Of a DNA stretch of 64,000 nt, positions 41,347-54,958 are shown in pieces (the stretch's first letter is position 1; every line of letters starts with the position of its first letter). Below the pieces are notes generated by a model that was not told the DNA's origin, did not search any database, and saw only the letters and a list, made by a program, of their open reading frames with translations. This DNA is from the human T2T-CHM13v2.0 reference genome, Homo sapiens. The stretch lies in the NCBI RefSeq assembly GCF_009914755.1, contig NC_060930.1; one strand, written 5' to 3'. The translations under genes were made by a program, and so were the position numbers.

Positions 41347-41868
41347 GTGAAGAAATGCAAACTGGTATGTGACTCTCTGCAGAAAACTGAGGGAGATGGA
41401 GAGAAACCCAGAGAGACTCACAGGGAGGGAGAGAGCTGTTACCTTGTTTACATTTTGCATTTAGAAAAATTACCTCATTAGCTGTCTGTCTGCATCCATG
41501 CCCAGCTGCAAACACTAAATCAATCATTTGGGGATCAGGTTGCCTTTCTTGGACACCATAAATGGCACATTTTTGAATCTGTTTTGATTTCAGTGGCTGT
41601 CTCAAATGTCAAAATGATGGAGAGGACAGAGAGACTGAAATCTGAGGACAGATAGAGAAGAGGAGACTTCTTCAGGCTGGAAGAATCAAGACTGCAGAGT
41701 ATGTGAAGGCCCAGAGAGGATGAAACAGAAAACAAGGACCGGGCCCTAACCCTGGATCAGCCCATGAAGGTTGTCCACTTTGCCTCTGAGAGAGGCAGGT
41801 TAGGGACAAGTAAGTACTATTTACCCAGGAGGCAGTGAATCTAGGGAACTCCCAAGAAGTGACATAAG

Positions 41869-42168
41869 GGCTGGGCGCGGTGGCTTACACCTGTAATCCT
41901 AGTACTTTGGGAGGCCAAGGCGGACGGATTGCCTGAGCTCAGGAGTTCAAGACCAGCCTGGGCAACACAGTGAAATCCCGTCTCTACTAAAATACAAAAG
42001 AAATTAGCTGGGCGTGGTGGTGTGTGCTTGTAGTCCCAGCTACTCAGGAGGCTGAGGCAGGAGAATTGCTTGAACCCAGGAGGCAGAGGTTACTGTGAGC
42101 CAAGATCGCACCACTGCACTCCAGCCTGGGTGACAGAGCAAGACTCCGTCTCTTAAAAAAAAAAAAAA
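41869..42168 (+). mobile_element. Alu (AluS), probably inserted in a CR1 3' relic
   Basis: Full Alu with a degenerate TSD aagaagtgacataag / aaggagttacataag. Flanks ('ggcaggttagggacaagtaagtactattt') resemble a CR1/L3 end. Confidence 0.95.
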
Positions 42169-42829
42169 AAGGAGTTACATAAGGGAAAAATATCAATTCA
42201 AGAGGAGGTTCCATACATTATTGGATAATAAAGATGCAGGCACTCCATATTCTGCCTGAGTGGTCTCCTCTAATTTGTTTCTGGAAGTCCCCAGAGGTAA
42301 CTTGCAGGTGCTCAGGAGCAGGTAGATCCTGAAGCAGCTTGGCCCTTGGAGGGAGGTTCACAGGGTCCTTCGTGGACCCTACTCTAGATGTTGAAGTCCA
42401 GCTCCCGCTCCCTCAGGACTCAGGAACAAACTCCGTGGGGAGAAAGCGGAGATTAGCCATCATAGCCCTGCACTGTCCTGCCCCATTTTAGTTCCTTCCT
42501 CCTGTAGCCAGAAGCTCCTAGGCCTACTGGTTCCTGCAAACTGAGCCCTGGAGGAAGCCCCAGGCCTCAAAATCTGCAACCAGCTGCACTCTGAGACTAG
42601 ACTGGGCTCTTGTGGAGACCCAGCCACAGGAAAAACCATGCTTACTTCCCAGGGTTCTCTTGAGGATCACTGCACTGAGAAAGTTATCAGTGTGGCAGGA
42701 ATGAAAGCCCCATTAGCATTAGAATCAAAGGGCACCTGAAAAAAGACAAACTGAGCTTGCAACTCCAAACAATCATCATTACAGCAAAGCACTCAGAATC
42801 CACCCTATCTACCATACAAGTATCTAGGC

Positions 42830-43084
42830 TGTGTTTTCTTAGGTCAGTTTTGTTTTTAACTGTGTAGTGAGACCCATTGCTGAGTCATAAAATCAGTTTA
42901 ATGAGTCACAACCAGCATTTGAAAAAAATAAAACAGACTAAAAATCAGAATGCAGCACACAGATAGAGCTTGATGAAACTTGTGTTTCTTTTACATATAT
43001 GTGCATATGCACGGAGACAAAATGTAAATGTTTTTCATACTGTGACTTGAGGTTAAAAAAAGAAAAAAAGGTTGAAATGCACTG
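42830..43084. mobile_element. hAT-Charlie MITE (MER103C-like), copy 1
   Basis: Similar to the copy at 44320. TSD-like atctaggc (42822-42829) / atctagag (43085-43092). Confidence 0.6.
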
Positions 43085-43539
43085 ATCTAGAGTATAAGCC
43101 CCTAGAATAGTTGAACCTGAATGCCAATGTGCAGCAGAACTAGCTGGGGAGTTTGTTAAAATGCAGATTCCCAGGCCCCACTCTCCAGAGAGTGTTGAGG
43201 CTGTATCTTACAGTGGGGCCTGGGACTCAATGTTTAACAAGCTCCCCAGGCGCATGCAATACATCTGGCCTGTGGAACACAATTCAGGAATCACAGTATG
43301 AGAGGAAGAAGCCATGTATTTGGTAGGACTGTAATGTAGAAAGCCTGAGTGACTCAGAAAGATGCTTGTTCCATCTTAACCCAGAGACTGGAGAAATAGG
43401 CAGAGGAGCAGGTATCTGGGCAGGGAGTCGGGGTGACATCAGTATCTGGAAGGATTCGTCACCTATAGACCATGCTTGTTGTAAATTGTGCTTATAGGAT
43501 TCATAGCCAAGCACAGGGAAGGGATAAATACCTTCCCAT

Positions 43540-44225
43540 CAGATGGGTTTTACTTAACCCTATGTATTGTGACTTACTTTCCAGTCTGACTCTGGCATAA
43601 CATTATGTGACAAAGAAGAAAATCAAAATATTTTACCCCAAAACATGTTTCTTCACCGTATTTTGAAATGGCCCTGCAAAGCCGTCCTTGGTGGGGGAAA
43701 ATCTGCATCTGTAAAGAATCTGTATTAACACAGTTAGATCTTTTTCTTCTAGCCATTCACAATCCTCCTAAGAGATTAACTAAGAGTCTAGCATCTTTTA
43801 ACAGTCTGAATAGGAAACATTTGTCATCTATGTCTCTAAGGGCGGCCACTATAAGACTTCAAAAGAACCTTGGTCTCCACAGTCCTTTATCTTAACCTGA
43901 ACATTTCCATTCTATTAATCCTAGGTCTTTAGACAAACTCAACCAATTGTAAACCAGAAAATGTTTAAATTTACTTATAGCCTGGAACCTCCCCCCATCC
44001 TTCGAATTGTCCTGCCTTTCTGGACCAAACCAATGTATTTCTCAAATGTATTTGATTGATGTCTCATGCCTCCCTCAAATGTATAAAACCAAGCTGCACC
44101 TCAACCACCTTGGGCACATGTTCTCAGGGTCTCCTAAGGGCTGTGTCACGGGCCATGGTCACTCATATTTGGCTCAGAATAAATCTCTTCAAATATTTTA
44201 CAGAGTTTGACTCTTTTCGTTGACA
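43540..44225 (+). mobile_element. MER4-family ERV1 LTR (5' end apparently missing)
   Basis: 'tataaaaccaagctgcacc..accaccttgggcacatgttctcagg...ggctcagaataaatctcttcaaatattttacagagtttgactcttttcgttgaca'. TATA at 44082, AATAAA at 44178. Confidence 0.88.
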
Positions 44226-44319
44226 CTTTCATTTCTTATATGTCGTGATTCTAAGAGCATCAGGATAGAGGGAGAGGTTGGAAGACAGATGATCTCAATC
44301 ACGTCTGCATCAATTAGAG

Positions 44320-45251
44320 TAGTACTTTTCAAAGTGCGGATCACGGCTTATTAGTGGGTCATGAAATCAACTAAGCACTTTGAAAAATAGAATAGAATGC
44401 AACATAATAGATAACATCATGGTGTGTCGCTTATAATAAAGATGTTTGATTGTCTACTGCCATAAAACAAAACAATCCAAAACTTAGCGGGCTTAAAACA
44501 ACATTCATTTGTTCATGATTCTGCAGTTTGGCAGGGCTCAGTGAGGACAGTTCATCTCCGCTTCATGGGCAGCAGGTGGGGTGGCTTAAATGGGGCTGGA
44601 AGATTGATTTCCAAGATGCCTCATTCACAGGGCTGGCAAGTTGTTGCTGGCTATCAGCTGGGAACTCAGCTGGGACCTTGGTGCTTCTCCAAGTGGCCTC
44701 TCCGTATGGCTAGTTTGGGCTTCCCACCATATGACAGCTTGGTTCCCAGGGGAAGCATCACAAGAGTAAACCTTCCAAGAGGACACACTTTCCAATAGGC
44801 TAGAGCTTACCAAGCCTTCATTTGGAGGCTTGGACCCTTGCTAATGTCTCACTGGCTGAAGCAGTCCAGATTCAATGTGAGAGGGGACCACAAAATAGCA
44901 CAAATACTGGGAGATGGGGCTCATTGCCGGCCACAAGGGTAAGCATATTTTCTTTTAAAGGGCCAGGTACAGTGGCTGGTGGCTGTAATCTCAGATACTT
45001 GGGAGGCTGAGGCAGGAGAATTGCTTCAGCCCAGGAGTTTGAATTCAAGACCTCAGTGAGCTATGATCGTGCCACTGCATTCCAGCCTGGGTGACAGAGC
45101 AAGACCTTATCTCGAAAAAAAAAAAAAAGAAAGAAAGAAAAGAGGGGTGTGTGTGTGTGTTTTGCAGTTGTATATCTGTATAAGTAATGGGTAGCAATGG
45201 AAAACATATTCCTAATAGTTAATCACAGTTCAGAAAGTTTGGGAAACCCAG
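44320..45251. mobile_element. hAT-Charlie MITE (MER103C-like), copy 2, split by an MLT1 LTR (about 44442-44935, minus) and an Alu monomer
   Basis: Left part 'tttcaaagtgcgg...ttagtgggtcatgaaatcaa'. Resumes at 'agggtaagcat' and ends 'aaagtttgggaaacc'. Confidence 0.6.
44961..45141 (+). mobile_element. Alu monomer (FRAM/FAM or AluJ right arm)
   Basis: Single arm with J-type diagnostics ('agcccaggagttt', 'gagctatgatcgtgccactgca') and an A/GAAA tail. Confidence 0.85.
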
Positions 45252-46628
45252 TAGCAGAGAGCCTTGGGACACAGGTAGAAGAAAAACTTACTTTCCTTGG
45301 TTTCTCTTTCCCTGAGACTTCTCTGTATGTCTATCCCTACCTGTCCATTTTCCTAATAACTTCCCCTTTTTCTTCTTTCTCTTTTATTCCTTTCTCCCCT
45401 TTTCTCTTCTTTCTCAGCCCTAGTGTCTCTGTCACTGAACCCTTTTTTTTACATATCACCTTTCACATTCAAATATCTCCTGCAAACATATGCACACACA
45501 ACCTTAATATAAGCTGGGGTCCCATGCGACCCATTCTCTGCACAGCATCACATATAAATGAGCACAGTCCAGTTGCCAAAAGTAATTTTGCATTTATTTC
45601 AATTTTCCTGCAGCTCCTAAAGAATATTAACAGAGATCCTATATAAATTCCACAGACAAACTGTGAAATTCCTTTCTCTTTTCTCACAATCCCCACCTGG
45701 CAACCGCTCTGGGGCCCTTCACTTGTCAAACCCACAAAACTCTCAACACTCACTCAGCCCAGCAGGCATTCCCCAACCACCTCCCTCCACTCACTCCCTC
45801 TTTCTTACCATAACTCACCTTAGCCTCTCTGGTTCTAACTCTCCCCCCTGTGTCTTGATTCTGTGTCACAAAATATCTGAGAACGCGATTGAAAAACATT
45901 GAACTCAAAGAGGGAAGGAAAGACAGAATCTGAAGGAACAACAAGATTCTCTTTCGTTACAACGACTTGATGAGTTATAAATTTCAAAAAATGTGGTGTC
46001 TTAGAAAAAGCCCTGAATGTTGAGTCAGGAGAAATTTATTTTAGTTCTGGCTCTGCCGCTAATTAAATGCATAACCTTTGACAAATCATTCAGCTTCTCA
46101 GCCTCCAGCTTCCTGATCTCCGTGATAAGTAATGATCCCCATTTCTGACAGTGGTTGTGAGGACTGAACAAGCTGCTGTGTGTGATGTGCCTGGCACACA
46201 GCAAACAAGTAAAAAGTGAATTCCCCTTGTGATTCCTCACCTGTAGAAGAGGGCAATGATGTATGCCTTGCTCACCTCATAGGGTCTCTCTAAGGATCAA
46301 ATTAGAAAATGCATGCAGACACTCTTTATAAACCACAAAGCCCAGTAATGATAATGTATGATATTTTTTGCACTTTATTGAATGCAAAAATCTCATCCTA
46401 GTCATATGTGTGCACAATGCCTTTTTCATTACAGGGCTCATAAATAGCTAACATTTCTGTGTGCCAATTATAATTATAAAAATGTAGGGAAACTACCCTT
46501 CTTCACTTCCCACCAGCACCAACAACAACATACACCTTGAAGTCAAGGGAATTCTCCCTTCAAGTTAATGAAAAAAGACTTTGTTATTTAACCCAAGTCT
46601 GAGGGAAGGGAGCAAAGGTTTCTTAAGC

Positions 46629-46788
46629 TCAGTAGTTCTCAAAGTGTGGTCCCTGGACTAGCAGCATCAGCATCCCCTGGAAAGTGTAAGATGCAAATTA
46701 TCGTGACCCATCACAGAGTTACCTACTCAGAAATTCAGAAGGGTGGAGCTCAGCTATCTATGTTTCTGATGCACCCTCAATTTGAAGT
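46629..46788. mobile_element. MER5A hAT-Charlie element
   Basis: 'cagtagttctcaaagtgtggtccctggactagcagcatcagcatc'. Confidence 0.8.
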
Positions 46789-46980
46789 GTAATAAGGTCA
46801 GAGGAATGGCAGCAGAGTGGATGTGACTCTCCTATGCAGATCTGATAAGGTTTTTGGCAGGGAAACCAGCCCTTGTGGTGTACGATGGTGTACCTGTTTT
46901 TAGACACTTAGGGACAAGAAAATGAAAAATTCCAACTGGAGCACAGTATAAAGGAGCACCAGAAGGGGTTCCTTCCCCTC

Positions 46981-47726
<746 letters not shown>

Positions 47727-49109
47727 CTAAGAAATGTCAAGTGAGAGAATGGCTTTGATTCACAGACCATGCCAGGGTGATGAAAACTTATAAGACAGAA
47801 GCATGATCATGATGAGGATGAGGCAAGTGAGGCATCCAGGGTGCAAAATTTAAAGGGCACTTACTTCAAGTTTGTACAAGTGCAAAGTCAGGAGAAGAGA
47901 AACCTTCTGCTTGGAGGGGTAGAGAGTCCTGAAACCTGCGAGGTCAAGACTGGGGCAGGGGGGTTACATGAGGAAAGAAGGGGGCATATTTATGGGACAC
48001 TCTGGAAACATAAGGAATATTCATCATGGGCCATCTCAAAAGAATAGGCACCAAGGTTTTCTCTTGCGTGGTCCAAGGGGACAAGTCTACTGGATTAGAG
48101 GGCACAGAACCCATTGTCCAGCCCCTCTGCCAATCCTGTATGCTACAATTGTCACTGAAGAGCTTGATTAAAGACAGATGGTTCTTCTCTGAGTGTGCAT
48201 TTATGTGCATGTGTTTCATTTCAACCAAGGCAGTAACAGGAAATGAAGTACAGCCATGGTTGCCCCATCAGTGGCAGGCAATAGTGATATCTTCCATGTG
48301 ACAAAGCAATCCACGCTGATATGACCACCCAGCTGGAGAAATGGCATGCAAGACTAACATCCTCGACTTCCCACCACCCCAGAGGGAAGCTACAATTATA
48401 CTGTGTGGGTCAGAAGAAAGGGAGGCAAGCATTCATTAGGTAACAATAATGATGGTAATAATAATGATAACAAAACCACTTTAAAGACTACCACTTAACC
48501 AAGCACTTATCATGTGCTCAGTTGCTAGGCACTGTGTTATCACCAAATCTGTCATCCCACACAGTAGCATGTCCACTTTGATCAGAAGTACATGAGCTGG
48601 GTCACTACACTGCTTGACCCAGGAGCGTTATTCAATAGACTACATAGTCTGTAGCACTGTGCAATGCCCAATCTGAGGGCCTTGGATGGCCTCCCTGAGG
48701 CTGCGACTCAAAGATGTTAAGTGACTTGCCCAGGCCACATAGTCAGTTGGTGACAAAGCACCACCTGTGTCTGCTACAGACCTATGTAGAAAAGAGGCCA
48801 TTTTGTCCCATGGATGGGCATGGGAGGGGAAGGGAGACACCAGCTACGTAAAGATGGGAGAGTAAGGAGGAAAAGACAAGCCAGTGAAATCGTAGCAGCC
48901 AGGTATCAGAGGTAAGTAGCAGGCAGCCAGTGGCCCTCAGAGTGAAAGTGGAAGAGGGGATCAAAGGGTCCTCCCTGGCCACTTCCACCTACAGGAGGTC
49001 AAAAATGGAGAGAGGGAAAACAGGTTGATATCCTGAACCTTATGGGGCTGGGCTTCATCCATTCCTTTCATGAATATGCACAGACACATGTGCAAACACA
49101 CACATACAC

Positions 49110-49540
49110 TGAGCTGTACCATGAGCAAGGCACTGTGCCGAGTGTCAACAATTTTAAAAGATTTCACCCAGCTCCTGCCTTTGAGGAGTGCATGGTCCAG
49201 AGGAGGAAGCACGTGATAGCAGTGTAGTGTGAATGGTGCTGGAATAGGCTGATGGAACCTCATGAATGCACGGAGAACAGAGGCCTGGTGCCACCCAGTG
49301 TGGACGAGAGGATGGCATAGCAGGACTAAGAGGTAGCCAGGAGCCAGCTCATGAAAGGCCTTATATGCTGAGCCAATGCTATTGAGATTGGACTTTGTCT
49401 TAAGAGCAATGGGGAGCAACTGAGCAGTTTTGAGCAGGACAGTGGAATTATAGAATTTATTCTTTGAAAATATTCCTCTGGCTTCCGTGTGGAGGAAGGA
49501 TTAGAGGTGGGTGGCCAGTGAGGGCTTTGCAGTTATCCAG
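49110..49540 (-). mobile_element. L2 LINE fragment
   Basis: 'gagcaatggggagcaactgagcagttttgagcag...ctctggcttccgtgtggag'. Confidence 0.7.
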
Positions 49541-50444
49541 CTTAGCAGGATGGAGCACTGCCAACCCAACCAGAGCAAATGGGGAGGCCACCAGCCTCAC
49601 CCTGACCCTGGACATGCCCACCATGATGGGAAGACACAGACTGTTCCACAACAACCCCTTGGACCCCAGCCCAGCCCTGGAAGAACCATGTACCTTGACT
49701 GGCAGGGAAGCCTCCACTCCGGGCCTGGGCACACATGGGAGGGTAGGGCCCCATGCTTGGTATGGGCTCAGGCTAGCGCTGCTGCCCTGGAGTCAGAGCT
49801 GTGTAGAGAGGGGCAAGCCCCACTCCCAGAGAGAAGGAGCCACATGCCGTGATGGCAGGTGGTCGGTGCAGACCCTCAGCTGTTGGGGGAGTGGTCGGGA
49901 TGCCTGAAATGTCTGGGACCGAGGTTCTGGGTGCAGCCTGGAGAGTTGGGGCTGTGCGTTCTTGTTGCCATTGTTACATTGGCTCATATTGCTGAGTCCT
50001 TATTCATTAGGCTGTTGGGTACTTTTAGACACACACACACACCAGTCTGGAGCACAGAGAAAACTGTCATAGGCACTCAAAATTAGAGCAAGTTAGATAA
50101 AGGGGCCAGTAAGTACAGACCTCACATGCCCCCAGTGGTGGATTCAGGGGTCACTGATTCTATCCATTCCTACAGATGAACAGGATAAATATACCTCCGA
50201 CCCCGTCCAGTTTTTCTATCCCATTTAATCACTCCTCAGCTGAGAAAGCCAGAAACTCATTCCTGACGTGGCTGACAAATGCTGGGGAAATCTTTGGTTT
50301 TCTTAGAGTGAGCCTCTCTTTGTAACCAGAGAGCAAGAGAAGGAACAGGGCCTTAAAATCACTTCAAGTGGCCTGTGCCTGATCCTGAGGTCCAGAGAAG
50401 GAGAATGACTTATTCAAGATCACAGTTTAATCATACATGCCTTT

Positions 50445-51330
50445 ATCCATTCACTCAGCAAACACAGTTCAAACACCTACCACTTGCCAAACCTTCTAGA
50501 TAGTTATTACCAACATAACCAAGCAAAGTATATGGAATGCCAGATGGCAATGGGTACAGGAGAGAAAAATAAATTGGACAAGGGGATAGACAGTGCTTTG
50601 GAGGTAGAGGCAGCTTTAAGTAGGGTCACACTAGAGTGAAGATCGCAAGGAGGTGAAGCTTATTCTGGGGGAAGAATATTCTAGGAAAAGGGGACAGTGA
50701 GTGCAGAGTCCCTAAGACAAGGCATGCTGGGGCGCCGGAAGAAAAGCAGAGGATGGTGTAGCTGGAGAGGAGGTAGCCAGGAGGTGAGTTGTAGGAGATT
50801 AAGTCAGAGATGTGCGAGGTATGAGGGAGAAGTTCTTTTGTAGAGACTTCACCTTGACTCTAGTCGGATGGGAGCCCATGTGGGCTCTGAGCAGAAAAGG
50901 AACAGCTCTGACTTAGGATTTAGTTGGCTGCTGTGCTGTGGATAGACAGACAGTTGGCAAGCCTGAAGTCAAAGAGTCCATGTAGGAGATCCAGGCAAGA
51001 AATAATGGTTGTTTGAACCAAGGAGGCAGTAGTGGAGGTGGGAAGAGGAAATCACACAGAGTCTGGCCAGATTATGGAGGTAAAGGCAACAGTATTGACT
51101 AAAGGACCAAATGCAAGATGTGAGAAGAACAGAGTCAGAATGACCCCAAGGTTTTTGTCCCATGCTGCTAGAAGGAAGACGTTTCCCATTAGCCATGTTG
51201 GAGGATACCACAGGAGAATGGGTCTCTGTTTGAGCATCTTATTCAAGATGCCATTCAACATCTAGTGAAGGTGGACAGGAGACAGTGGACACAAGTCAGG
51301 ACCTCAGGGACCAGGTCACAGGCAGAGCTA
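50445..51330 (-). mobile_element. L2 LINE fragment (about 0.9 kb)
   Basis: 'ccattcactcagcaaacac...gagtcagaatgaccccaaggttttt...caagatgccattcaacatctagtgaag'. Confidence 0.8.
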
Positions 51331-51868
51331 GACCTTGAACTTCAAGATTCACAGATCACACTGCTTCTGACTGAGGAGTGACAGAAGTGCCAGAGCAATC
51401 TCACCAGCTCTGGAATGTTCATCACTTGACGGCTGGGCTGGCAATGAAGAAGCTCCATGCAGTCTTTGGGACAACACTGCACCAAGAGACCACAGCAACA
51501 GGGGAGCTCGCACAGTAGAACACTGGCATTCAACCCAAAGCCTCACTGTTTCCAGATACAAGTGAAGGTAAATTCCCTGCCCCTCCCCCTGCCCCACCAC
51601 ATTCATCCATCCTTGAAGAACTCCTGGGAGCTCACTGGGAAACTCACTGAGCAGTGAGTAATATGGTTTTGCTTAAGCCTTGCTCAAGTAGCAGAATAAG
51701 CAAGTTTGACTAAAATTCTCTAGATTCACAAATCCCAAAGCCCTAAACTACAGAAAACAGACTAGTCAAGAGAGAGGAAGCTGTCTGCTGGCTATTTGTG
51801 GAGCATCACCCAATCAATGAACAAGTATGCATAGACTGCTGGGTGCAGAGGGAGGGGTGTTTAAGGGA

Positions 51869-52312
51869 TGTCTTAATCGGGTTTTCCAGAAGCAGATCCT
51901 GAGACAAGGATTTGGTTGCAAGTAGTTATTTAGAAAGTGAACCCAGGAAGCACCAGTAGGAGAATGAGGAAGCAAGACAGGTAATGAATGTATTAGTGAA
52001 CTGATCACCACTGTGAGCAATTAGGCTCAATTCTACTCTAGGAGGCTGTACAGAATGTATCTCAGGGTTGTCCCACCAAGGGGCAAGGAAACTGAGGTAC
52101 TTATCCACTAACTCTCTTTTGTTGTTGAGTGTTCTTCCCACAAACCTTAACTTCCAGGCACTTCCAGTTTGTCCCTTTATTAAGCTGACCAATCTCCTGA
52201 GGCCAGAGAAAGCCTTCCAGCAGAGACCAGCAGGTGTTTCCAGTAGGACACTGTCTGTGTGTACTGAAACCAGAGTGTCATAGGGAATTAGAAGGACGCA
52301 GCACCAACCATA
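51869..52312 (-). mobile_element. LTR16-like ERVL solo LTR
   Basis: 'tgtcttaatcgggttttccagaagcagatcctgagacaaggatttggttgcaagtag...cccaggaagcaccagtagg'. Confidence 0.75.
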
Positions 52313-54444
52313 ATGGGTTTCACAGGAACTGCCTGGTCTCCACAAATAGGGACTCTAATTTTGGTCTGGATTCTAAGAACCACCTTCACCCCAGTAAATA
52401 GGACTGAGATGACTTTTATCATTCCTGTAAGCAGAGATAGAAATGCCAGAGCAAAGTCTCATTGGTCCACACAGAAAGAAGGAAGCCTCGGTGCTCTTTA
52501 ATTGGAGACCAGAGCTGTGGCAATTCCCAACCAGTGTCAGAATTTTGCAATGTGTTGGAGACAGGCAGCCCTCCCTAGGAATCTACTGAGAGACCCAGAT
52601 CTTTGGGCCCTTAGTGAGTGTTTGAGTAAATAGGTAAGCAGTGGCTGCGGCTCAGGCAGGAGGGTCCTGGAAGTTAATGTCCCAGCACAGAGCTTCAGCC
52701 CAGACCACAGTGCCAACATCCTAGCCCTTCTGGTTAATAATTATCCCTAATTCCTTAGCGTGGGAGGCCTGGAGATGAAAATCACAACTCTCCATGTCCT
52801 CATCAGTCTGTTGTATGTGCATGTGTACCAGATACCTACATGCAACCTCATGAAATTCCAGACATTCTCATCAACAAATCCCTTTGTCATCTTCATAAAA
52901 TCCAAAGTTAAAGGGCCCACCCTAAGAATTGTGACTCATAGATTCCTGGATGGATCAACTCTATGTGACTATTAGAGCTAGTTTTCTCATGCCCATATTG
53001 GGCAAAACCTGGTAAACAGCACCCCTGTCTCTCCCTCCCCAAAATTCTGTCTGGATGAGCAGTCCCTTATGTAACAAGCTAAAACCTTTACAACTGACCA
53101 TATGTCAGGAAACAGTAAGGTGTTTACAAGATACATGAGAGGGGAGTCCCTGTCTTTCAAGAGCTCCTGAGTCCTGCCAATGAACACCTTAAGTACCTGC
53201 CCTTTAGGGGATACTTGCTGAAATCATTCCTTGAATAGAATGTTAGAATGGCAGAATGACAGTGGCTGCCACCGATAGGTCAGAGCATTAAGGACTGGGT
53301 CTTTTGACCGACCCTAGGATCTCTCTTCAGTGGAACTCTGCCCCCACCAACCCTATTCAGCCTCCTCCTCTATGCTCAGGCAGCTACTGCTTCTCAGCCA
53401 TCAGTACAGGCTACCTCATTCAAGTTGAATTTGCAATGGCTGTTGTGGTTTTTTGTTTTTCTGACCATGTGGGGAACTCTCATATAGGCTTTGGAATTAT
53501 ATAGTCCTGGTTTGTCCAAAGCACTCTCCACAAACAGGCTGTGTGACCTTCAAATAGCTGCTTAACCCCTCTAAGACTGTCATCTGAAAGTAGAAATGAT
53601 AATGATAACATTAGAGTAAACCACATGAAAGTGTCTTTGTAGGTTAAAAATTGTTGAATATTGGCAGTCTCATAGGTTCCACCTAAAACCTTTGTGGGGT
53701 TCTGGGGAAGATTCGGTAAGAGAATATATGTATTACTGCTAGGGCCTCAGATCTAACTAGTTTAGGACCACAGAAGAAGGTCACATTCCCCTTAGTGTCT
53801 GAACCACATCTCCTGTCAAATATCTACAGGATAGGAGTTCGAAGTCTATTCTTACAGGATTCCCAGTGATTTCAGGAATCCTTGTGGCCTCTTATTCCCT
53901 CCCTTGTGTTCCCCTCATAAAGATGTTGATGTTTATTGTGCGTTTACTCTCTGCCAAGTATTGTGCCAGGCTCTTTGTACATAAACATCGATGTACCTCT
54001 CTACCCATGTGAGGTGGGTGCTTCTACTATCATCCCCCTTTCACAGATAATGAAACTTTAGATATGAGCTAAGAGGAATGAAAAAATTAAAAATAAAAAA
54101 AAAGCAGATAAGGAAACTAAAGTGCAAAGAAGCAAAATGTTTTGCCAAGGTCACAAGGACCTCAGGGTCCGTATGGTTGTAAGAAGCAGACTAGGCCCTA
54201 AGGTTTCTTCCATGTCTGGCATCCTAGGGGGTTAGGACTGCCACTGAGATGCTGAACAAATGATAAGGCAGGCACTTCCCCGACAAAGAATTTGTGTTGG
54301 TGGCAGGAGGAGAGAAGAAAGCTGCGACCAGGAGAGCTGAGCCAGGAGCTTTTGCCCACCTCATCATCTAAATGAGCATCAGACTCTCAGGTGTTGCAGA
54401 TAAAATCCCCTGGCATGTGATCATAGGTGACATCTACCCAGCGC

Positions 54445-54680
54445 TCATGATGGTAATGCCAGGCACTACTCCAAGCTCCTTACATGATCAATCATTTAAC
54501 CCTCACAACCTTGGGGTCTAAACAGTACTGTTAGTCCCATTTTACAGATGGGTAAATTGAGGTATGGAGCTGTTAAGTCACTGGCCCAGGATCACACAAC
54601 CAATAAGTGACCCAGCTGGAGGTGGAACACAAGCAGGCTGGCTCCCAAGTCCATGACGTGAACCATACCAGATACTGCCT
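54445..54680 (-). mobile_element. MIR SINE
   Basis: 'tcatttaaccctcacaacc...cccattttacagatgggtaaattgagg...gttaagtcactggcccaggatcacac'. Confidence 0.85.
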
Positions 54681-54738
54681 GTCAGAAGTGTAAACAGCCC
54701 TGTCTCATAATCACCTCCTTTGATTTGGAAGCCTAGAC

Positions 54739-54958
54739 CAGGGGTCAGCAAACTATGGCCTGAGAGATTCAGAGCTAAATCTAGCTGACCAACTGTTTTT
54801 ATAAATAACCTTGCATTGAAATACACCCACATTCATTTATTTATTGACTGATTTGCAAAAAACAAGGGCAGCAGTGAGTAGATGCAAGAGATCATAGGCC
54901 TGCAAAGCATAAAACATCAACTTTCTGACCCTTTATAGATAAAACTTGTTGACCCCTG
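54739..54958. mobile_element. MER58A hAT-Charlie MITE
   Basis: TIRs CAGGGGTCAGCAA and TTGTTGACCCCTG, about 220 bp long. Confidence 0.85.
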
